A DNA stretch of 11,310 bases from Candidatus Zixiibacteriota bacterium. GTDB lineage: Bacteria; Zixibacteria; MSB-5A5; UBA10806; 4484-95. The notes under the pieces were generated by a model. The model did no database searches, was not told the origin of the DNA, and was given only the letters and a program-made list of their open reading frames with translations. Shown piece after piece: positions 1 through 7,700 of this stretch (the stretch's first letter is position 1; every line of letters starts with the position of its first letter). The DNA lies in contig JAOZPT010000067.1 in assembly GCA_029932605.1 (NCBI GenBank), forward strand, positions 1 through 11,310, written 5' to 3'. Position numbers and translations under genes: made by a program.

Positions 1-71
1 TGCAATTCCTCCAGATATCTCTCCAGAGGATTATTGGTTTTTATACTGGTTCTATCAGGTTCATCGTACTG
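1..71 (-). mobile_element. Probable IS256 (Mutator)-family transposase fragment, 5'-truncated, running off the window edge
   Basis: Manual translation of the minus strand from 71 gives QYDEPDRTSIKTNNPLERYLEEL, resembling the IS256 'R..I.TTN.LER...E' motif that carries the catalytic Glu of the DDE triad. The frame is closed by TGA at 147-149, and 72-146 clearly encodes LVIVD repeats on the + strand, so this is only a remnant. Only 23 codons are visible. Confidence 0.45.
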
Positions 72-660
72 TGCTTTTGGCAATGGCTTGGTGGTGCTTG
101 ATGTTTCGGATGTTTCCTCTCCCGCTTTTGTGAGTCGGATGTACTTTCAAGGTGGGGGAGTGGAATTTATGTAGAGGGGGAGTATGTTTATCAAGCCAGT
201 TCGGATTTCGGATTACGGTTTGCAGGTAATTGATGTTGGCGACCCTGTCAACCCTACTTTTGCAGGAGGCTACGACACGCCGGGTTATGTTTGGGATGTT
301 TTTGTCACTGGCGGTTACGTTTATGTGGCTGATATTAATTCCCTGATGATTATCTTGTTCACCTCTACCGACATAAAGGATAAACCAGCCATACCCCAAA
401 CCTTCGCTCTCCACCAGAACTACCCCAACACCTTCAACTCCAGTACGGTCATCGAATACTCCTTGCCGGCAAGAACCAAAGTCAGCCTCGACATATACAA
501 TCTCCTCGGTCAAAAAGTGACCACATTGTATGAGGGCATATAGGATGCTGTCTATCATAGCGTAATCTGCAATGCTGGCAATTATCCCTCAGGCATCTAT
601 TTTATCCGATTGACCACCTCCGACCAAACCAATGTAATCAAACTTGTTTTACTGCGCTGA
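67..660 (+). pseudogene. Pseudogene of an LVIVD-repeat protein with a T9SS-type/FlgD-like C-terminal sorting domain
   Basis: Frame 1 reads YCAFGNGLVVLDVSDVSSPAFVSRMYFQGGG. The repeat continues in frame 3 (SGIYVEGEYVYQASSD), then returns to frame 1 (DYGLQVIDVGDPVNPTFAGGYDTPG...YVYVAD). The CTD FALHQNYPNTFN...IYNLLGQKV is interrupted by TAG 541-543 and continues in frame as DAVYHSVICNAGNYPSGIYFIRL...IKLVLLR to TGA 658-660. Lesions: net -1 frameshift near the G-run at 151-160, a 7-bp tandem duplication at 201-214 and the premature TAG. Confidence 0.85.
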
Positions 661-675
661 GAAGGAGACTGCCTC

Positions 676-710
676 TGGCGAAAACCTATAACCTCACAGG
701 GATTTCGCCA
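676..710. repeat. Inverted repeat / stem-loop downstream of the pseudogene
   Basis: TGGCGAAA (676-683) and TTTCGCCA (703-710) are perfect 8-bp complements, with possible inner CCT/AGG pairing. No U-tract. Confidence 0.4.
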
Positions 711-729
711 ACGTTTCTGACCGTGCCTT

Positions 730-755
730 CGTCATTCCTGCGCAAGCAGGAATCT
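730..755 (+). repeat. CGTC-tagged REP-like palindrome (GTCATTCC-N-GGAATC family, dRS3-like)
   Basis: CGTCATTCCTGCGCAAGCAGGAATCT: stem ATTCCTGC / GCAGGAAT, GCAA tetraloop and 5' CGTC tag. Matches the widespread GTCATTCCCGCGNANGCGGGAATCY repeat pattern. Confidence 0.8.
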
Positions 756-840
756 ACCCTTCCATCAGGTTAAACCCTTCCATGTGACAATCACTGGTAC
801 TCCATCCAACGTGTGTGTAAGTTTTCAAAATTATAAAAAC

Positions 841-925
841 CGGAGAGGCAGGGATTCGAACCCTGGGACCCATAAGGATCAACGGTTTTCGAGACCGCCC
901 CGTTCGACCGCTCCGGCACCTCTCC
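841..925 (-). tRNA. tRNA-Ser (anticodon CGA)
   Basis: Reverse complement GGAGAGGTGCCGGAGCGGTCGAACGGGGCGGTCTCGAAAACCGTTGATCCTTATGGGTCCCAGGGTTCGAATCCCTGCCTCTCCG. Acceptor stem GGAGAGG/CCTCTCC, anticodon arm GCGGT-CT[CGA]AA-ACCGT, long variable arm, T-arm CAGGG-TTCGAAT-CCCTG, discriminator G. CCA is not encoded. Confidence 0.97.
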
Positions 926-933
926 AAATATTG

Positions 934-942
934 AATATATCA
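934..942 (-). promoter_or_regulatory. Possible extended -10 promoter for tRNA-Ser
   Basis: Minus strand TG-A-TATATT ending 8 nt upstream of the tRNA 5' end. The region is AT-rich, so a chance match is possible. Confidence 0.3.
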
Positions 943-1055
943 AATATCTTTGCATAGGGGAAATGATTTTATAAACGTTGAGAGAATAATTCAAGAGCAA
1001 TAGCTTTTGGATACGGTTATTTAATAAATAATATTTTTATGATTATATTTGAAGC

Positions 1056-1508
1056 TTAGTAATAACTCATAAGTTTATTGAAATCCCGGGTTCGAAACCG
1101 CAAGAATAAAAACCCGGCCAGGCTTATGATTGTAAAACCAGCAAGATATTCAATACAAGCTCCAAGTATTACGATTACCAAACCATATATGGGAATGGCG
1201 GCGCAAATTGCTGAAAGTATTATTGTCACTTTCATTATGGTTTGTTCAAGCATTTTTTCATCTGGTTGTTGGTTTTTATTGAATAGTGGTTCAAGAAGTT
1301 TCTTTTTAAGAAAAAGGCCAATGCCGATATCAAATATTGCTATAATGCCAAATATTGCAGTCAACAACTCTATTATCCAAGACTTTTGTGTATCCTTTTC
1401 TAAAAGGATTGCTATAACCATACATATTATATTTATAGAAAAAACAATTGCTAAACCAATTGTTGTTGCTTTACCGATTTTTTCTATGATAATGTTTTTT
1501 GATATCAT
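1056..1508 (-). CDS. Hypothetical integral membrane protein (about 4 TM helices, 150 aa)
   Basis: Four hydrophobic stretches (GLAIVFSINIICMVIAILL; LLTAIFGIIAIFDIGIGLFL; IILSAICAAIPIYGLVIVILG; LAGFTIISLAGFLFL). The start overlaps the tadA stop (ATGA at 1508-1505), implying translational coupling. Confidence 0.8.
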   Translation of the reverse strand: MISKNIIIEKIGKATTIGLAIVFSINIICMVIAILLEKDTQKSWIIELLTAIFGIIAIFDIGIGLFLKKKLLEPLFNKNQQPDEKMLEQTIMKVTIILSAICAAIPIYGLVIVILGACIEYLAGFTIISLAGFLFLRFRTRDFNKLMSYY

Positions 1509-1984
1509 CTGTTTTGTTTGCGCTCTTTAGCTCTGACAGTTTTGAAGAATGATTTCATCAACTCGGCAACTTTATCCTCGAGGACTCCTGGGATAACCTC
1601 AAGCTGATGGTTCAGGCGGATATCCTGTACGATATTATAAATTGACATACAACCGCCAAACTTGGGGTCTTTAGCGCCAAATACCAGACGTTTAGCTCTG
1701 GCTAAAACTAATGCCCCCGCGCACATTGGACAGGGTTCCAAAGTACAATAAACTGAACAATCCTCAAGCCGCCAGCTTTCGAGGTGATTGGCAGCGGCGG
1801 TAATGGCTAATATTTCGGCATGAGCGGTCGGATCGTTTAAAGCCTCTGTGCGGTTATGCCCCTTGCCGATTACCATCCCCTCGTGGACAATTACGCAGCC
1901 GATTGGAATTTCACCCTCGACAGCTGCTCGTTGAGCCTCGGCCAATGCCAGTTCCATAAAATATTTATCGTTACCCTCAATCAT
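1505..1984 (-). CDS. tadA: tRNA adenosine(34) deaminase TadA
   Basis: Zn-deaminase motifs HAE and PCPMC, with TadA-typical context: D.YFMELAL.EA, GEIPIG, N...DPTAHAE, TLEPCPMCAGA, FGA.DPK.G, LNH, M..FF...R. Confidence 0.95.
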   Translation of the reverse strand: MIEGNDKYFMELALAEAQRAAVEGEIPIGCVIVHEGMVIGKGHNRTEALNDPTAHAEILAITAAANHLESWRLEDCSVYCTLEPCPMCAGALVLARAKRLVFGAKDPKFGGCMSIYNIVQDIRLNHQLEVIPGVLEDKVAELMKSFFKTVRAKERKQNR

Positions 1985-2046
1985 CGTCGATAAAGCTGTT
2001 TAGGAGAAATTCCTTGAAAAATCAAACTATTTTTTTGCAGGAAAAT

Positions 2047-4362
2047 TTATTTATAATCGGGGGAGTTATCCAGATATTGTTTTAAAGCTTTGAGTTTCTG
2101 TTTGGCTTGAGTAAAATCCGGCTTCAGCAGACATGCTTTAGCCAGCATTTCTTTGGCTTTGGAATAACGCCTCATTTTACCAAGGGTAAGGGCATAATTG
2201 TAAAAGTAAAGCGCCCTTGTGCTGTCAATACTGATGGCTTTGAGGAATTCAAACTCAGCCATCTGATAGTTACCGATCTTGTCATAAGCTAATGCCAGAT
2301 TTGCCCGGGCATCGGGATCATTCGGTATATATTTGATAGCCTGTCTGAAAAAATGAAATGCTGAATCGATATCGTTTTCCTGAGCATAAATTAACCCAAG
2401 CTGGTAAGAGCTTTTGCCACGAATCTTTTCAGGTTGGTAGCCATAAGGAAGATCTGCAGAGTAGATTTCCGATAAGTCGTATTCGGAAATGATATCCATC
2501 TTTTTGTTAATGGCAAACCTGAATTCATTTTTTGCCAATTCCACAGCGCCTGATCTTATTAGGAATAAGCCATGATAATACCTGGCGGATGGCTCAAATG
2601 GAAAGGTCTTGATGAAACTTTCCGTAGCTGATTTTATCATGGTTTCATCGTTCTTTCCGAATGAGGCTGATATTCTATTTATGTATGCCTCTTTATTATT
2701 GGGGAAATAATGGACCGCCGAGTCAGCTAAGGCATAGGCGGATTGGAAGTCACCTTTAAGGCGTTTGAGAAGCGAGAGGTTGTTAAACGCTTTAGCGGAA
2801 GGACCGCAGATTTTAATCTCATTCTGGAATTCAATTCTTGCCAAGGCAGTATCTCCCTCATAGAAGGCGATTACGCCTAGGTTAAGATGAGCTTTGGGCA
2901 GGTTGTATGCCTGCTGGAGCGCTTTTTGATATTGCAATCTGGCAGATTTGTAGTCGCCTTTTTTAAGAAATGTATTACCGAGCGAGTATTCAGCCATGGC
3001 CATTGATTTGTCATGGTGTTTGTACAAATTGCTCCACGAGAACAAGCAAACAACAAGAATTGAGATTGAAATAATCAGAGCATATTTAAGGCGTTTTTCT
3101 GTTAGAGCCGTTATAACTTCATAAAAGGCATATACAGCAGTGATGCTTAAAATAGGAACAACCGGTATACGAAAACGGGAGGTGACAAAGAATGCTATAA
3201 CTGTTGCCATATAACCGAATATCGTTATCGGCAAAATCCAGTAATGTTTATCTTTTTTAAAACATAAAACCGCTCCAACTAATCCCGCTGGGCCGATAAT
3301 AGCAAAAATTGATAACAGATATCCCGGTACACCGATATAGCGGGTTAGATAGTATAGATTGTTGTTGTTGGATATCTCGAAGTAATTCCAGAACAGGTAG
3401 ATTTTTTTTATTAGAAGTTTTAGAAACTTATCGGGTGAAGATACAATGAATCTTAAAGCTTTTCGGTAGTAATATGATGATACTTTAGAGGGTTTAATTG
3501 TTCCCGGTTTTTGGCCAAGGTTGCCGGCCACCTCATACTCAGCATCTGAATACTGCCAGCTATGACCGGTGCCGGGCAGAAGGGCGGTATAGCCATCAGC
3601 TTTATCGTTGTTGCCTATATAGAAATTTATACCTCCCTGACTGGCGATTAAGACAATATCATCACCAATGAAGATGTTCCTTAACGTGACCGGTAGAATG
3701 ATAATGCAGGTGCCAATTAACAATAAAATGCTATGCTTGATTTTGGTTTTTAAATGTTTTTCAGCTAAAAATATCCAGATAATTACAAAAAAGACAACTG
3801 CCAGGATGTTAGGTCGGGTTATAGCGAATATGCCGGCAATAAATCCTGTTATAAGATATAACCAAGAGCTTTTTTCCCTGTGTGCTTTTATTAATAGGTA
3901 GAGAAATATCAAATATAAAACAACAGTTAGAAAATCCAGCAACAGTTGTGATTCGAAATAAATCAATACGCCGTTGATAGCCACCAAAAGAGCAGCAAGA
4001 TAAGCCACAACAACGTGGAAATATTGCCTGGCGACCATAAATGTAAGAGGGACTGCTAAAACCCCAAAGAGGTGTTGAAGTATACGCGTAGCCAGAAAAT
4101 CGGTGCCGAAAATTGAATAAACCAAACCCAGTATATAAGGATAAAACGGTGCTCGGAAAAAGGGGCCGGCATCGTATCCGGGGCTACTACCAAGTATATC
4201 GCCCATAGCAATTTTTTTTGCCCATAGGTGATGGTACAAAGCGTCAATCGTCGGGCTATCCCAGCCAGGCCAGCCCGATTTCATGGCCAGCATGAATACT
4301 ATTCTAAGCGCTAACCCAAGTGTGGTCAGACTCAAAATTAAAAACAGCTCCCGTTTCCTCAT
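2047..4362 (-). CDS. GT-C fold membrane glycosyltransferase (PMT_2/GT39-like) with C-terminal TPR repeats
   Basis: N-terminal ~450 aa polytopic region with an acidic first loop (DSPTIDALYH), PFFRAPFYPY, TRPN, GGINFYIGNN and RFRIPVVP motifs. C-terminal TPR units (YSLGNTFLKKGDY; AHLNLGVIAF; DPDARANLALAYDKIGNY; YFYNYALTLGKM). ATG at 4362 preferred, TTG at 4365 possible. Confidence 0.85.
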   Translation of the reverse strand: MRKRELFLILSLTTLGLALRIVFMLAMKSGWPGWDSPTIDALYHHLWAKKIAMGDILGSSPGYDAGPFFRAPFYPYILGLVYSIFGTDFLATRILQHLFGVLAVPLTFMVARQYFHVVVAYLAALLVAINGVLIYFESQLLLDFLTVVLYLIFLYLLIKAHREKSSWLYLITGFIAGIFAITRPNILAVVFFVIIWIFLAEKHLKTKIKHSILLLIGTCIIILPVTLRNIFIGDDIVLIASQGGINFYIGNNDKADGYTALLPGTGHSWQYSDAEYEVAGNLGQKPGTIKPSKVSSYYYRKALRFIVSSPDKFLKLLIKKIYLFWNYFEISNNNNLYYLTRYIGVPGYLLSIFAIIGPAGLVGAVLCFKKDKHYWILPITIFGYMATVIAFFVTSRFRIPVVPILSITAVYAFYEVITALTEKRLKYALIISISILVVCLFSWSNLYKHHDKSMAMAEYSLGNTFLKKGDYKSARLQYQKALQQAYNLPKAHLNLGVIAFYEGDTALARIEFQNEIKICGPSAKAFNNLSLLKRLKGDFQSAYALADSAVHYFPNNKEAYINRISASFGKNDETMIKSATESFIKTFPFEPSARYYHGLFLIRSGAVELAKNEFRFAINKKMDIISEYDLSEIYSADLPYGYQPEKIRGKSSYQLGLIYAQENDIDSAFHFFRQAIKYIPNDPDARANLALAYDKIGNYQMAEFEFLKAISIDSTRALYFYNYALTLGKMRRYSKAKEMLAKACLLKPDFTQAKQKLKALKQYLDNSPDYK

Positions 4363-4375
4363 CAAGGTTAAATAT

Positions 4376-4384
4376 ATTATATCA
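4376..4384 (-). promoter_or_regulatory. Extended -10 sigma-70-type promoter for the GT-C/TPR gene
   Basis: Minus strand reads TG-A-TATAAT (perfect TGnTATAAT), ending 13 nt upstream of the ATG at 4362. Confidence 0.5.
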
Positions 4385-4700
4385 GGCTGTGATTTGGTGA
4401 AAAAAAATGCAGAATAGTGTAATTTATATTCAAGGTCGAATTAAGTAAGGTTTATGACACTTTTAAATTTTAATTAAAATCATAAAATATTAAGTTCTTA
4501 TCATAATTATAGAGTTATACAAAAGGTAAAAACTAATTGTATAATATCCATATACGGCATATTTTTTGAAATTTGTTATTAAAGGCATGTTGATTTTTCT
4601 TGTTTTTATTTGTTAATTATCTATCTTATTTAAAGGGGGTAAATGTTTTTTATGAAGAGATAGAAAATAAAGTTGAGTGATTTTTAAACCAAGGGAGAAA

Positions 4701-7700
4701 ATGATGAGAGTTGTAGTTTCAATGGTGATGTTTTTGTTTTTGGTGGCCACGGCGGCTGGTGAACTGCCGGCGAATATTGGGGTTGCTGAAAACGGTGGCA
4801 AGTATTTCACTGACCGGTTCGTGGTTATGATGAAATCCGGAACAACTCCTCTTGTTACTAACAGGTTAGTATCAGGCAAAGTTTACACCGGAAACGACCA
4901 GATTGATATGTTATGTGCCGAAAACGGTATCATAAATGTTGAACCGTACTATCCCGCACCTGTACGTAATGACGGTCTTCGTGCTTTAGTAGAGAGGATA
5001 TACACATTTACTGTTAGTTCTGGAGTTGATGTTATTGATGTCTATAAGAGTTTTTCAACCATTAAGGATGTTGAATCATCTGATTTGTGGTCTGTGGCGG
5101 AGTATTTTTATGACCCTGACGATCCCAGTATCAACCAGCAATGGGCATTGCCTAAAGTTAATGCCTTTAACGCCTGGGACATAATAAGAGGTGATACGAC
5201 CGCAAATGTTGTAATAGGTATTGATGATTCCGGTGTTTATTATGTCCATCCCGATTTGGCAGATAATATGTGGATAAACGGGCCTGAGGACATAAATGGT
5301 AATGGCATGTTTGACCATGGTGATATTAATGGAATTGATGATGACGGTAACGGTTATATCGATGATGTTATAGGTTGGGATTTTGGTTTTAATGATAATG
5401 ATCCCGCTGAGGACCAACCAGAACATGGCACTCATGTTGCCGGTTGTGCTTCTGAGGTTACCGATAACGGCATCGGAGGAGCAGGGCTTGGTTTTAGCGC
5501 TAAATTAATGGCGGTAAAAGCAACTAATACACCAGGATATATTACTCATGGCTATCCAGCAATGATTTATGCTGCTGATAACGGTGCTAACATAGTGAAT
5601 TGCTCCTGGGGTGCACCGGGTTACAGTGGCACTGAGCAAAGTATTATCAACAACGTGTATGCTATGGGTGTTTTAGTCATAGCTGCTGCTGGTAACGATT
5701 ATCCATGGACCCCGCCATATGTCAATTACCCTTCTGCTTATAACCATGTTCTTGGTGTAGCCGCCACCGATCAAAGTGACCATTTGGCATCGTTTTCCAA
5801 CTATGGCAATTGGGTTGATGTTTCAGCACCTGGCGTTTCTATTTACTCTACCTGGGCTACTGGTACTTATATGAGCCTTTCGGGTACTTCGATGTCATCT
5901 CCTGTTACCTGTGGCTTAGCGGCTTTGATTAAAGCTCAAAATCCGTCATGGCGTCCTGATGAAATTGAATTAAGGATGGAAAGTTCTGCTGTTAATATCG
6001 ATACGCTCAATCCCCAGTATGAGGGCATGATGGGTGCTGGCAGAATTGATGCTTATGCTGCCCTGGCAGCTGCATACTATCCAAATATCCAGCTTATCGA
6101 TTTCTATGTAACACTCATTTCCGATGATGGCGATGGTGTTGTTAATCCGGGAGAATCAATCGAGGTCGTCGTTGTATTACAAAATCTTTGGCAGGATGCT
6201 TTTAATGTAGTTGGCACTCTTAGAGCCCCGGAAGGGATCACCGTCATCGACTCCGTTACCAATTTTGGTGACGTTGAGGGCAATGGCGAAATAACTGATA
6301 ATGGTTTTGACCCATACAGCCTGTTGTTTTCTGAGGAGATTATCCCCGGGCAATATGACCTTACTTTAAGTATTGCCGCCGATAATGATTACTCAACCGA
6401 GATTTACATTCCTGTTGAGGTTACTCTTGAAATGGCGGGTTTCCCACTTAGCTTAGTGGGTGCTATTGAATCTTCTCCTTTGATATTCGATTTTGATTCG
6501 GATGGTCAGAATGAGATTATTGTCGGTACTAACGAAAACAGGGTATATGCTATTGAATCAGATGGACTTTTCAGCTCGGGCTGGCCTGTAACAGGTAGTA
6601 GCGATTTTAATACCGCCGCCTGTGTAGGTGACTTGGACGGCAACGGAGATTTTGAGGTCGTAGCTTGTGCTAAGGACGGACAGGTTCATGCCTGGGATAA
6701 AAATGGAAATAGCCTGGATAATTTTCCTGTAGATGTTAATAGCATGCAGGTATTTGCAAACCCAACTTTAGCTGACCTCGATGGCAATGGGGACTTAGAG
6801 ATTATTCAAGCCACTTTTCTTCCCTCGAAAAGCATATATATCATAAACCACGATGGTTCGAATTTTGGTGATTGGCCGTATGCCGGCGATGATCCCTGGT
6901 ATAGTGGGGTAGCTGTTGGTGATATTGATGGTGATGACCAGCTTGAGATAGCCATAGGTGGACTTGATAACAAGCTTCATGTTTTCAACATCGACATGAC
7001 GGAGGACGAGGGTTGGCCATATGATGTTGGTGGGGATATCAAAGTTGCTCCGGCTGTGGGCGATATAGAACCTTCCGATCCGGAACTGGAAATAGTGGTT
7101 GGCACTAACAGTGGTTGGGTTTACCTTTTCAATCATGATGGGACGATTGTCGACGGTTGGCCGGTTGACATTGGCACCCAGATAAAATCGACACCATCGC
7201 TTGCTGACCTCGATGATGATGGTTCACCGGAGATAATTGTAGGTTCCAGCGATTCTGAGCTTTACGTTTATGATTCTGATGCTTCGGTTTTCAATGGTTT
7301 TCCTGTGACTCTATCGGCATCCGTTAATACCTCGGCGGTTGTGGGAGATATTTCAGGGGATGGTTCACCGGATATTATCATTGCTAACGGTTCCATTAAC
7401 AGCCTGATATATGCTTTTGACAATCAGGGGCAACCCTTGGATAATTTTCCGATGCCCCCTGCTGGAACTGGTCAAATATCTACAACACCGGCAATCTGGG
7501 ATATTGATAACGATGGTGATATGGAAATAGTTATAGGGGTTCAGGCCAGTGATAATAACCTCAATGTCATAGATTATAAGGTGCAGGCTTTGTTAACCGA
7601 TATGCAATGGCGTGCTTATGGTAATGATATCTATCGTTCCGGCAATTATGTTCCGTTATTCCCTTACACCGATGTTCCTGATGAACCTGTATCACTTCCG

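Noticed and set aside
541..543. TAG recoding (Gln or pyrrolysine readthrough) in the LVIVD-CTD gene
   Set aside because: The same gene has two frameshifts and degenerate CTD residues, and the five intact CDSs (about 2800 codons) contain no in-frame TAG. A simple nonsense mutation in a pseudogene is more parsimonious.
61..558. 165-aa minus-strand ORF
   Set aside because: Antisense shadow of the LVIVD/CTD pseudogene with no recognisable motifs.
791..1000. 69-aa minus-strand ORF
   Set aside because: Reads through the tRNA-Ser gene (GEVPERSNGAVSKT is a tRNA translation artefact).
1078..1530. 150-aa plus-strand ORF
   Set aside because: Antisense to the membrane protein gene, which has the coherent TM pattern and the ATGA coupling with tadA.
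1505..1984. Deaminase as part of a defence, editing or diversification system
   Set aside because: Stand-alone canonical TadA of normal length in a housekeeping context, with no RT, Cas, nuclease or template/variable repeat pair nearby.
2107..4247. Small ORFs 2107-2292, 3668-3901 and 4056-4247
   Set aside because: All lie inside the GT-C/TPR gene (antisense or alternate frame) and show no motifs.
4677..4700. GTG start at 4677 for the S8 protease
   Set aside because: The SD at 4691-4697 and the signal-peptide shape favour ATG 4701 or 4704.
6489..7530. Recurrent DNA words (e.g. GCTGACCTCGATG at 6771 and 7203) as a CRISPR-like or DGR repeat
   Set aside because: Explained by the protein-level FG-GAP repeats, with no constant repeat-spacer structure.
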